Source of the DNA: Collinsella sp.
GTDB lineage: Bacteria; Actinomycetota; Coriobacteriia; Coriobacteriales; Coriobacteriaceae
Length of the DNA: 64,000 bases
Reading direction: 5' to 3'
Assembly: GCA_048230835.1 (NCBI GenBank)
Contig: DBFALE010000009.1
Span: forward strand, 10,305 to 74,304
Positions 48,342 to 57,056 of the stretch are shown here, piece after piece. A program made the translations under genes and the position numbers. Positions within the stretch are counted from its first letter, which is position 1, and the number at the start of each line of letters is the position of its first letter. The notes beneath the pieces are model-generated. The model was given only the letters and a program-made list of their open reading frames with translations. It was not told where the DNA came from and searched no databases.

Positions 48342-48471
48342 AATTAAAGATATTATTGAAATACATGCTCTTAGCACAGGTTGGCCTCTCAGTAAACTGG
48401 GAGGTTGCTTTGGCTAGTTAGAGATATGTGAACGTCCGTTAGACTGAATCTCAGGGTAGAAGGGGCCTCCA

Positions 48472-50472
48472 GTGTCCAGATCAACAAGGCAATGCTGCGT
48501 TTCGGCTAATAAGAACGATGGCTTTTTGCGTGTGGCGGCGGCGTCGCCGCAGATTCGCGTTGCCGATGTCGAGGACAATGTCGAGGTTGCATTGGCGGCT
48601 GTTCGCGAGGCTGCCGAGCGCGGCGTTCGCGCGCTGGTGCTGCCCGAGCTCAACTTGTGCGGCTATACCGCGGCCGACCTGTTCCATAATCGCACGCTGC
48701 TGCATGCCTGCGAGGCTGCTTTGGTGCATATCCTCGATGAGACTCGTGAGCTGCCGATTGTCTTTACCATCGGTCTTCCCGTTGCGGTTGCCGAGAATAT
48801 CTACAACTGCGCCGCCGTGTGCTGCGCGGGCGAGCTTTTGGGCCTCACGGCCAAGAAGTATCTGCCCAACTATGGCGAGTTCTACGAGCGCCGCTGGTTT
48901 GCTCCGGCGCCCGCAGATCCTGTGTGGGTCGAGTTTGCCGGTCAGGGTCCGGTTCCGCTGGGTTCGGAGCTTGTCTACCGCTGCTGTGACGAGGGTGCCG
49001 AGGATATGGTGCTGGGCGTTGAGGTCTGCGAGGACCTGTGGGTGCCGGCGCCCCCTTCGACCGAGATGGCGCTTGCCGGTGCGACGGTGATCCTCAACCC
49101 GTCGGCCTCGGACGAGATTATCGGCAAGGCAGATTACCGACGCAGCCTCATATCCAACCAGAGCGCGCGCCTGTACTGTGCCTATGCCTATGCAGATGCG
49201 AGCGAGGGCGAGTCCACGACCGACATGGTCTTTGCGGGCGAGAACCTCGTCTACGAAAACGGATCTAAGCTCGCCGCCACGAAGCTTCTTACCTGCGATA
49301 TGGCGGTGGCCGATGTCGATCTTGACCGTCTGGTTGCCGAGCGCCGCCGCTCGACGACGTGGACGCGCGCGGACGATGCGCCGGAGGCCACGACCGTTGA
49401 GTTTTCGTTTGAGGGCGTGCTGACGGACGAACCTGTCCTGCGCGATGCACTCGGCATCGACCGTGTCTTCCCCCGTGCGCCCTTTGTGCCGGCCGACCAC
49501 GGTGATCTGGCCGAGCGCTGCGAGACTATTCTCAATCTGCAGACTGCTGGCCTCAAGACCCGCCTTGCCCACACAGGTACCAAGGCTGCGGTTATCGGCC
49601 TTTCGGGTGGCTTGGACTCCACGCTGGCACTGCTTGTGACCGTGCGTGCCTTCGATGCGCTGGGGCTGCCGCGCACGGGTATCACGGCGGTCTCCATGCC
49701 AGGTTTTGGCACGACGCATCGCACCAAGTCCAATGCCGAGTCGCTTGCCCGCGACCTGGGCGTGAGCTTCCGCGAGGTTTCGATCCACGCGGCCGTGGAG
49801 CAGCACTTTAAGGACATTGAGCACAATCAGACCGTGCAGGATGTGACCTACGAGAACAGCCAGGCCCGCGAGCGTACGCAGATTCTGATGGATTTGGCCA
49901 ACCAGGCTGGCGGCTTTGTCATCGGCACGGGCGACCTGTCGGAGCTGGCGCTCGGCTGGGCTACCTATAACGGCGACCACATGAGCATGTACGCCGTCAA
50001 CGCGAGCGTGCCCAAGACGCTTGTGCGCCATCTGGTGCGCTATGCGGCTGATGTCTTTGGCGGGCGTATTGCCGAGGTCTTGCTCGATATCCTCGATACG
50101 CCGGTGTCCCCCGAGCTTCTGCCGCCCACGGGCGACGGCGAGATTGCGCAGAAGACCGAGGATTTGGTGGGCCCGTACGAGTTGCACGACTACTTCCTCT
50201 ACTACCTGCTGCGTTTTGGCTTTGAGCCGGGCAAGATCTACCGCATGGCGCTCAAGAGCTTCGAGGGCGTCTACGACGCCAAGACCGTCCACACGTGGCT
50301 ACGTACGTTCTACCGTCGCTTCTTTGCCCAGCAGTTTAAGCGCAGCTGCCTGCCCGATGGTCCCAAGGTGGGCTCGGTGACGCTCAGCCCGCGCGGCGAT
50401 TGGCGTATGCCGAGTGACGCTAGCTCGCGTCTGTGGCTTGCGCAGATCGACGCGCTCAATCCAGTTGACTAA
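48472..50472 (+). CDS. nadE: glutamine-dependent NAD+ synthetase
   Basis: Nitrilase domain (PEL, KKYLPNYGEFYE, ICEDLW-like) plus SGGLDST, ENSQARER, GDLSE; start uncertain. Confidence 0.95.
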   Translation: MSRSTRQCCVSANKNDGFLRVAAASPQIRVADVEDNVEVALAAVREAAERGVRALVLPELNLCGYTAADLFHNRTLLHACEAALVHILDETRELPIVFTIGLPVAVAENIYNCAAVCCAGELLGLTAKKYLPNYGEFYERRWFAPAPADPVWVEFAGQGPVPLGSELVYRCCDEGAEDMVLGVEVCEDLWVPAPPSTEMALAGATVILNPSASDEIIGKADYRRSLISNQSARLYCAYAYADASEGESTTDMVFAGENLVYENGSKLAATKLLTCDMAVADVDLDRLVAERRRSTTWTRADDAPEATTVEFSFEGVLTDEPVLRDALGIDRVFPRAPFVPADHGDLAERCETILNLQTAGLKTRLAHTGTKAAVIGLSGGLDSTLALLVTVRAFDALGLPRTGITAVSMPGFGTTHRTKSNAESLARDLGVSFREVSIHAAVEQHFKDIEHNQTVQDVTYENSQARERTQILMDLANQAGGFVIGTGDLSELALGWATYNGDHMSMYAVNASVPKTLVRHLVRYAADVFGGRIAEVLLDILDTPVSPELLPPTGDGEIAQKTEDLVGPYELHDYFLYYLLRFGFEPGKIYRMALKSFEGVYDAKTVHTWLRTFYRRFFAQQFKRSCLPDGPKVGSVTLSPRGDWRMPSDASSRLWLAQIDALNPVD

Positions 50473-50590
50473 GGTTGGCTAAATTGAACCAATACGGGGG
50501 TTGCAAGCGTTACACTTTTGCAATCTGATGGCCCGTATCGCGCGGCGCTCTTGTCGGAGCGCCGCGTTTTTTATATCGAAAGGTGGCACC

Positions 50591-51754
50591 ATGCAGGCAT
50601 CGCAGCGTCTCGACCGCTTTGGCGCGGAGGTCTTCGCCTCGCTCAACAACAAGCTTCTCGTGCTGAAGGCTCAGGGCAAGACCATTTACAACATGAGCGT
50701 GGGCACGCCCGATTTTAAGCCGTACGACCACGTGGTCGAGGCGCTCACGCAGGCAGCCCAAGATCCCGAGATGTGGAAGTATGCCCTGCGCGACCTGCCC
50801 GAACTCAAGCAAGCCGTGTGCGATTACTATGAGCGTCGCTTTGGCGTTTCGGGCATTACGCCGTCTATGGTGCAGTCGTGCAACGGCACGCAGGAGGGCG
50901 TGGGCCATTTGGGCCTGGCCCTGCTCGATCCGGGTGACACCATTCTGGTTCCCGATCCGTGCTACCCGGTCTTTGAGGCGGGTGCCAAGATCGCCGATGC
51001 CAAGCTCGAATACTATCCGCTGGTTGCCGAGCATAATTACCTGCCCTATGTGGCGGGTATCGATCCCGAGGTGGCCGATCGCGCCAAGTATATGATCGTG
51101 TCGCTGCCCGCCAACCCGGTCGGCTCGGTGGGCACGCCCGAGGTCTACGAGGAGATTATCGCCTTTGCCCGCGAGCACGACCTGCTGATCGTTCACGACA
51201 ACGCATACTCCGACATCGTGTTCGACGGCGAGCCCGGCGGCAGCTTCTTGCAGTATCCCGGCGCGCTCGGGGTGGGCGTTGAGTTCTTCTCGCTTTCCAA
51301 GTCGTTTAACGTCACCGGTGCCCGCATCGGCTTTTTGGTCGGTCGCGAGGATGTGGTCTCGGCCTTTGCCAAGCTGCGCGGCCAGATCGACTTCGGTATG
51401 TTTTTCCCGATCCAGAAGGCTGCTATCGCCTGCCTGAACGGTCCGCGCGATGAGGTCGAGGCGCAGCGTCTGAAGTACCAGGAGCGCCGCGATGCCCTGT
51501 GCGACGGTCTTGAGGGCCTGGGCTGGGAACGTCCCAATGCGCATGGCTCTATGTTTGTGTGGGCCAAGCTTCCCGGTGGTCGCACCGATTCTATGGCGTT
51601 TTGCGAGGAGCTTATGGAGAAGGCCGGCGTTGTGGTGACGCCGGGCGCGAGCTTTGGCCCTTCGGGCGAGGGGCACGTGCGTATGGCACTGGTCTTACCG
51701 CCCGACCAGATCGCTTTGGCTGTCGAGGCCATTCGCGAGGCGGGCCTGTATTAG
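50591..51754 (+). CDS. class I/II PLP aminotransferase (AlaC/MtnE/DapL-like)
   Basis: PANPVG, HDNAYSD, SLSKSFNVTGARIG, PGASFG. Confidence 0.9.
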   Translation: MQASQRLDRFGAEVFASLNNKLLVLKAQGKTIYNMSVGTPDFKPYDHVVEALTQAAQDPEMWKYALRDLPELKQAVCDYYERRFGVSGITPSMVQSCNGTQEGVGHLGLALLDPGDTILVPDPCYPVFEAGAKIADAKLEYYPLVAEHNYLPYVAGIDPEVADRAKYMIVSLPANPVGSVGTPEVYEEIIAFAREHDLLIVHDNAYSDIVFDGEPGGSFLQYPGALGVGVEFFSLSKSFNVTGARIGFLVGREDVVSAFAKLRGQIDFGMFFPIQKAAIACLNGPRDEVEAQRLKYQERRDALCDGLEGLGWERPNAHGSMFVWAKLPGGRTDSMAFCEELMEKAGVVVTPGASFGPSGEGHVRMALVLPPDQIALAVEAIREAGLY

Positions 51755-51955
51755 AAACCTATTTCGACTCGTCAATAGCTCGAAACCGATTTCGTGCAGT
51801 TATTTTACGAATACTGCAAACAATTTCGGTAAACGGTCGATTTTTGGCTGCGAATAGGAGCATAATCAAAGTCCCGATTGGATGTATTGGGATTACGACA
51901 AGCCGCTCGGGTCGTTCCCGGGCGGCTTGTTTGTGGAGAGAGATGGGAGTTTCTA

Positions 51956-52906
51956 ATGGTTAACGAGAAGAAGGTCGCTATTGTCGGCTGCGGTTTCGTC
52001 GGTTCGTCTTCGGCGTTCGCGCTGATGCAGAGCGGTCTGTTCTCCGAAATGGTCCTCATCGACGTGGACAAGAACCGCGCCGAGGGTGAGGCCCTGGATA
52101 TCGCGCACGGCATGACGTTTGCCGAGCCGATGAAGATCTACGCCGGCGATTATTCCGATGTCGCCGACGCCGCCATGATTGTTGTCACCGCTGGCGCTGC
52201 CCAGAAGCCTGGTGAGACTCGCCTGGACCTGGTCAACAAGAACGTCAACATCTTCAAGTCCATTATCCCCGAGATTAAGAAGTCCGGCTTCGACGGCATT
52301 CTGCTCATCGTCTCCAACCCGGTCGATGTTCTGACTTATGCCGCCATCAAGATGTCCGGCCTGCCCGAGGGCCACGTCATCGGTTCCGGCACCGTGCTCG
52401 ACACCGGCCGTCTGCAGCAGATGCTTGGTGCCCACGTCGAGGTTGACCCGCGCGACGTTCAGGCCTACGTCATGGGTGAGCACGGCGACTCCGAGTTTGT
52501 CGCTTGGTCCAGCGCTCAGGTTGCCGGCGTTCCGCTGAACACCTTCTGCGAGCTTCACGGCCACCTGGAGCACGAAGCCGCCGAGAAGCGTATCGCCGAG
52601 GACGTCAAGAACTCCGCCTACACCATCATCGAGAAGAAGCACGCCACCTACTATGGTGTCGCCATGGCCGTCAAGCGCATCTGCACCGCCGTTATGCGCG
52701 ATGAGCAGACCGTTCTGCCTGTCTCCTCGCTCATGGTGGGCGAGTATGGCCTGTCCGATCTTGCCATCTCCATGCCGACCGTCGTTGGCCGCGACGGCGT
52801 TGTCTGCCGCGTCCCCGTGCCGCTGAACGACGACGAGCAGCATGAGCTCACCGTCTCCGCCAAGGCCCTCAAGGACATCATCGACAGCGTCGACTTCTCC
52901 TGCTAA
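51956..52906 (+). CDS. ldh: L-lactate dehydrogenase
   Basis: VGCGFVG, AQKPGETRLDL, SNPVD, GTVLDTGR, GEHGDS. Confidence 0.96.
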   Translation: MVNEKKVAIVGCGFVGSSSAFALMQSGLFSEMVLIDVDKNRAEGEALDIAHGMTFAEPMKIYAGDYSDVADAAMIVVTAGAAQKPGETRLDLVNKNVNIFKSIIPEIKKSGFDGILLIVSNPVDVLTYAAIKMSGLPEGHVIGSGTVLDTGRLQQMLGAHVEVDPRDVQAYVMGEHGDSEFVAWSSAQVAGVPLNTFCELHGHLEHEAAEKRIAEDVKNSAYTIIEKKHATYYGVAMAVKRICTAVMRDEQTVLPVSSLMVGEYGLSDLAISMPTVVGRDGVVCRVPVPLNDDEQHELTVSAKALKDIIDSVDFSC

Positions 52907-52937
52907 ATCAAGCTCGCTAGAGCGAAAAGCTACAATG

Positions 52938-52973
52938 AAGGCGTCCGGGTCCACACGGCCCGGGCGCCTTTTT
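52938..52973 (+). terminator. intrinsic terminator after ldh
   Basis: AAGGCGTCCGGG...CCCGGGCGCCTTTTT. Confidence 0.8.
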
Positions 52974-53017
52974 GGTGCAAAGTAACCTGACCCCAATGCA
53001 CCATCCCAATGCACCAT
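52973..53017. repeat. REP-like family B copy
   Basis: TGGTGCA-AAGTAACCTGACCCCAA-TGCACCA with duplicated CCCAATGCACCAT. Confidence 0.65.
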
Positions 53018-53033
53018 AGTTGATGGGAGGGCC

Positions 53034-54194
53034 ATGTCGGATTCGCCTAATTTTTTGACCTATGCCCAGACGGCGTTTGATCCCTTTGAGGAGCGGCCGT
53101 TCTGCGCGGTGGATAGCCTCGTCTTTGCGTGGTTGTCCTATTTGCGTTTGCCGGGTGATATGGCGGAGCTGACGAACTGGCAGGGCCTAGACGTACGCGA
53201 GCTGCTGCGTGCCGAGTGCTACCGGGACATGATTGACGACTTGTGGGATCCGGAGGGGAGTCGTGCCCTGTTGGAGGCTGTGGCAGCAAGCCCTCGCTAC
53301 CGTGGCGTTCGTGTTTGCGGCTATCGTAGCGTGAGTGATGCCGAGACAACGGAGCAGTTTGCGGCCATGACGTTCCGATTTCCGGCGGGGTTTAGCTATC
53401 TTGCCTTCCGGGGGACCGACAGCACGATTGTGGGCTGGAAAGAGGACTTTAACATGGCGTTCCGGTGTCCTGTGCCGGCCCAGGAATCCGCGGCGCGTTA
53501 TGTAGACGAGGCGGCGGATGCGATTGACGGGCCGCTTTTGTGCGGAGGTCATTCCAAGGGTGGAAACCTTGCGGTGTACGGTGCGGCGATGTGCCCCGAT
53601 GTCGCCCGTGAGCGAATCGAACGGGCGTATTCCCATGATGGTCCGGGCTTCGTCGAGGAGTTTCTGAGCGGCAACGCCTTTGCCGATCTTTCCGGTCGAA
53701 TCGACAAGACGCTACCTCGGTCGTCGATCTTTGGCATGATGTTCGAGACACAGGAGGACTATGCCATCGTTGAGAGCACCGAGTTCAGCCTGCTTCAGCA
53801 TAATCCCTTTAGCTGGGTGGTTGATGGTCGCGACTTCGTGTACTGTGAGCGCCTGTCCGCCGGTGCTCGATACGTTGATGGCTCCATTCGCGAGATGCTG
53901 CTTGCGGTGTCGCCTAACGAGCGCGAGCGTTTTGTAGATGCGTTGTTCTCCGTGCTTGAGGCTACGGGTGCTGAGCGGTTTGCGGATATCGCTGGGAATC
54001 TGCGCGAGAGCCTGCCCGTGATGCTCCAGGCTGCGCAAGGCTTTGACAAGGATACGCGACGCTTTGTCTCGCAGACTATCGTTGCGATTCTTAAGTGTGC
54101 GCTTCTGCCCAAACGTCCCCAGATCGACATGCCCGCTGCCGGCAAGAGCTTGGCAGAACAGCTCGAGGCTTGGCAGTCCGAGCTCCTGCGCTAA
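53034..54194 (+). CDS. DUF2974 alpha/beta hydrolase
   Basis: AFRGTDSTIVGWKEDFNM, GHSKGGNLA, DGPGF. Confidence 0.9.
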   Translation: MSDSPNFLTYAQTAFDPFEERPFCAVDSLVFAWLSYLRLPGDMAELTNWQGLDVRELLRAECYRDMIDDLWDPEGSRALLEAVAASPRYRGVRVCGYRSVSDAETTEQFAAMTFRFPAGFSYLAFRGTDSTIVGWKEDFNMAFRCPVPAQESAARYVDEAADAIDGPLLCGGHSKGGNLAVYGAAMCPDVARERIERAYSHDGPGFVEEFLSGNAFADLSGRIDKTLPRSSIFGMMFETQEDYAIVESTEFSLLQHNPFSWVVDGRDFVYCERLSAGARYVDGSIREMLLAVSPNERERFVDALFSVLEATGAERFADIAGNLRESLPVMLQAAQGFDKDTRRFVSQTIVAILKCALLPKRPQIDMPAAGKSLAEQLEAWQSELLR

Positions 54195-54196
54195 CC

Positions 54197-54231
54197 ATTG
54201 GTGCAAAGCAACCTGTCCCCGATGCACCAAT
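54197..54231. repeat. REP-like family B copy
   Basis: ATTGGTGCA-AAGCAACCTGTCCCCGA-TGCACCAAT. Confidence 0.7.
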
Positions 54232-54305
54232 CTTCGATGCGCCTGGGGCGGGATCGACCGCTATACTGGTTCGTGCCGAAATCGATCTAGAACGGAATGC
54301 CGTAT

Positions 54306-55310
54306 ATGAAAATCAATCACGCGATTCTGCATATCCTGGACTTTGACTCTGCCGTCAACGTTATGAGCCAGCGCGAGCTCGATATCGAGAGCCGCACCGT
54401 GCGTAATTTCGTAACCACGCACCTGCGGCGCGCTCGTACCTCGGCCGACAACAAACGCGCCACGTTTGCCGAGAACTCTGCGTTTGGCGGCGAGCTCAAG
54501 GGCTATTTCTTTGGCGAGCGCGAGTTCGTGGACCTGTCGCAGCAGATTGCGGAGTTTATCTCCTCCGAGCTCACCAAAGCCGAGAAAGCCGAGTCCACCG
54601 ACGTGCTCGTGGCCGATTTTGACGACGATGAGGATGCCCGCTGGTTTGCCGTGATGCTGCTGGGCTCCAAGCAGGCTTTTATGCACGAAGTGGGCCGCGA
54701 GGAGGGGGAGGTGCGCAACGACATCGCGCGCCACTACGACATCCTGCCGAACCCCTCGCAAAAGGTGCCGAGCTATGCCATCGTGCGCGCGAGTACCATG
54801 GAGATCGGCTACGTGGACAAGAAGCGCAAGATTGCCGGCGAGGACCGTATGCTTATCCCCGATGGCTTGCTGCAGTGCGACACGGGAGTATCGGGCAAGG
54901 AGGTCATCGACACCGTGACGCGTGTGGTCGAGGAAGTCGCCGAGGAGCACGGTGCCAACACGGCTGTAGCGCTCGCCAAGGTTAAGGCTGCCGTTGCCGA
55001 GAAGGTTGAGGATGACGAGGAGCTGCCGCCTTGGGATATCGTCGACGAGGTCTTTGAGGACGAACCGGTTATCAAGGAGAGCGTGCGCGCGGCACTGACC
55101 GAGGAGAAGGTGCCTGAGCGTGTGCCCGTGGAGCGCAAGCAGGTCGAACGCGCGGCGGTGCGCAATCATAAGATCCGTACCGACACGGGTATCGAAATCA
55201 GCTTCCCGGCCGAGATGGGTTCGAACTCCGAATACATCGAGTTTGTCAACGAGCCCAACGGCCTCATCTCCATTGAGCTCAAGAACATCGGCAGCATCGA
55301 GAATCGATAA
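54306..55310 (+). CDS. nucleoid-associated protein (NdpA/YejK-like)
   Basis: MKINHAILHILD start; KIRTDTGIEISFP and ISIELKNI C-terminus. Confidence 0.8.
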   Translation: MKINHAILHILDFDSAVNVMSQRELDIESRTVRNFVTTHLRRARTSADNKRATFAENSAFGGELKGYFFGEREFVDLSQQIAEFISSELTKAEKAESTDVLVADFDDDEDARWFAVMLLGSKQAFMHEVGREEGEVRNDIARHYDILPNPSQKVPSYAIVRASTMEIGYVDKKRKIAGEDRMLIPDGLLQCDTGVSGKEVIDTVTRVVEEVAEEHGANTAVALAKVKAAVAEKVEDDEELPPWDIVDEVFEDEPVIKESVRAALTEEKVPERVPVERKQVERAAVRNHKIRTDTGIEISFPAEMGSNSEYIEFVNEPNGLISIELKNIGSIENR

Positions 55311-55336
55311 ACTGTGCTTGGACACTGCAAAAAAAC

Positions 55337-55373
55337 AAAGGCCGAAGCCTCGGATGAGGGCTTCGGCCTTTTT
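55337..55373 (+). terminator. intrinsic terminator
   Basis: AAAGGCCGAAGCC...GGCTTCGGCCTTTTT. Confidence 0.85.
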
Positions 55374-55397
55374 GCTTGGAGCTGAATTGCGCCGTAG

Positions 55398-55555
55398 GTT
55401 GAGCATACGTCAGCGAAAACGCCCCTAAGCGAGCAAGGTGACGTGAAAGAGGAGGGAAGCGTACTTCGGTACGCGACCGACGATTGAACGTCAGATTGCC
55501 GCTCTGGGTCGTTTGTAGCGTCGACTAGTTACGCGGTTTGGTAAAACCGCGTAAC
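55398..55555 (-). repeat. ~155-nt structured repeat family C, copy 2
   Basis: Reverse complement aligns with 41328-41483; begins 2 nt after the dapH stop. Confidence 0.75.
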
Positions 55556-55556
55556 C

Positions 55557-56276
55557 CTACAGCTGGCGCAGGCCTTCCTCGAGACCGGTCTTGCTGTCGG
55601 TCTTCTCGTCACGCATCTTGATGACGCGGGCGGGGACACCGGCCACGACGGCACCGGCGGGGACGTCCTCGACGCACACGGCGCCGGCAGCCACGACGGC
55701 GCCCTTGCCCACGCGCACGCCCTCCAGGACCACAGCATTAGCGCCAATCATGACATCATCCTCGATGATGACGGGCGTGGCACTCGCGGGCTCAACGACG
55801 CCTGCCAGTACGGTGCCGGCGCCGATGTGGCAGTTCCTGCCCACGGTGGCGCGGCCGCCCAGGACGGCGCCCATATCAATCATAGAGCCCTCGCCGATAA
55901 CGGAGCCGATGTTGATGATAGCGCCCATCATAATGACGGCGCGGTCGCCGATCTCGACGCGGTCGCGGATGATCGCACCCGGCTCAATGCGGGCGTTGAT
56001 GCCCTTAAGGTCTAGCATGGGGACGGCGGAATTGCGGCAGTCATTTTCGACGTCGTAGTAGTCGATGGAGTCGGCATTGGCATCGAGGATGGCTTTGAGC
56101 TCATCCCAGTCGCCAAAGACGGTCTTGCCGCGACGACCGCCGTAGACGTGCGCATTGCCCCACTGGACCTTCATGCCGGGCTTTTCACGCACGTACAGCT
56201 TGACGGGCGTCTTTTTGGGCGCGGTGGCGATGTAGTTGATAATCTCCTGTGCATCCATCTCGGCTGCGCTGCTCAT
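55557..56276 (-). CDS. dapH: tetrahydrodipicolinate N-acetyltransferase
   Basis: [36 protein letters not shown], hexapeptide repeats, AGVVEPASA. Confidence 0.93.
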   Translation of the reverse strand: MSSAAEMDAQEIINYIATAPKKTPVKLYVREKPGMKVQWGNAHVYGGRRGKTVFGDWDELKAILDANADSIDYYDVENDCRNSAVPMLDLKGINARIEPGAIIRDRVEIGDRAVIMMGAIINIGSVIGEGSMIDMGAVLGGRATVGRNCHIGAGTVLAGVVEPASATPVIIEDDVMIGANAVVLEGVRVGKGAVVAAGAVCVEDVPAGAVVAGVPARVIKMRDEKTDSKTGLEEGLRQL

Positions 56277-56315
56277 TTGCTATCTCTCCTTTGGGTGGAT
56301 TCGGTTGATACCTGG

Positions 56316-57056
56316 TTAGGCAAACATGACCTGATCAAACGTATAGAAGCCGTGCTCACGGGTGACGAGCTTCTGCGCGGCTGCCAGGGCGCCGTTGACG
56401 AAGATCTGACGGCTCGTGGCGCGATGCGTGAGCGTGACTTCCTCGTCCTGGCCAAAGAAACTCACTTCGTGCACGCCGGCGACAGTGCCACCGCGCAGCG
56501 AGTGCATGCCGATCTCCTTGGGGTCGCGCGCTCCGCACATGCCCTCGCGGCCATAGACGGGGCGGTAGCCTGCCTCGGGCTCGGCTTCGACGACGGCATC
56601 GAGCAGCAACTTGGCGGTGCCGCTGGGGGCATCGACCTTTTGGTTATGGTGCGTCTCGACGATTTCGCAGTCAAAGCCGGGCAGCTCGCGTGTAGCCTGC
56701 GCTACCAGATGGCGCAGGGCTGCGATACCGATGGAGTAATTGCCCGAGTGCATAACGCGGGTGTTCTGGCCCAGCTCACGCAGGCGGTCCATCTGCTCGG
56801 GGGTGTAGCCTGTGGTGCCTGAGACCAACGCCGCGCCCGTGCGCTCGACATAGGCGACGACAGCGTCGAAGGTCGCGGCGTTCGAGAAGTCGATAATCAC
56901 ATCGGCAGCCGGTGCGTTCTCGAGCTCGCTCAAATCGAAGCCAATCTGGGCCACGATATCAAAAACGGGCTGCCCGGCGGCATCGACAATGCTTTCGGCG
57001 GTGGTGCGGATGAGCGAGCCCATGCGGCCCGTTCCCATAATGACAGTCTTAATCAA
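56316..57056 (-). CDS. dapB: 4-hydroxy-tetrahydrodipicolinate reductase
   Basis: GRMG, GTTG, ETHHNQKVDAPSGTA. Confidence 0.95.
   Translation of the reverse strand: MIKTVIMGTGRMGSLIRTTAESIVDAAGQPVFDIVAQIGFDLSELENAPAADVIIDFSNAATFDAVVAYVERTGAALVSGTTGYTPEQMDRLRELGQNTRVMHSGNYSIGIAALRHLVAQATRELPGFDCEIVETHHNQKVDAPSGTAKLLLDAVVEAEPEAGYRPVYGREGMCGARDPKEIGMHSLRGGTVAGVHEVSFFGQDEEVTLTHRATSRQIFVNGALAAAQKLVTREHGFYTFDQVMFA

Larger units (their letters stand above)
44283..48420. mobile_element. AT-rich horizontally acquired island (putative RiPP cluster)
   Basis: Visibly lower GC and AT-rich codons versus flanks; no integrase; boundaries approximate. Confidence 0.75.

Noticed and set aside
48481..50292. Long antisense ORFs (e.g. 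603 aa opposite nadE, 461 aa opposite pgi, 416 aa opposite lysA)
   Set aside because: These are shadow frames typical of high-GC codon bias opposite well-supported genes; they have no motifs.
51762..51850. Imperfect AT-rich hairpin between the aminotransferase and ldh
   Set aside because: Pairing is weak and no second copy was recognised; probably promoter-region sequence.
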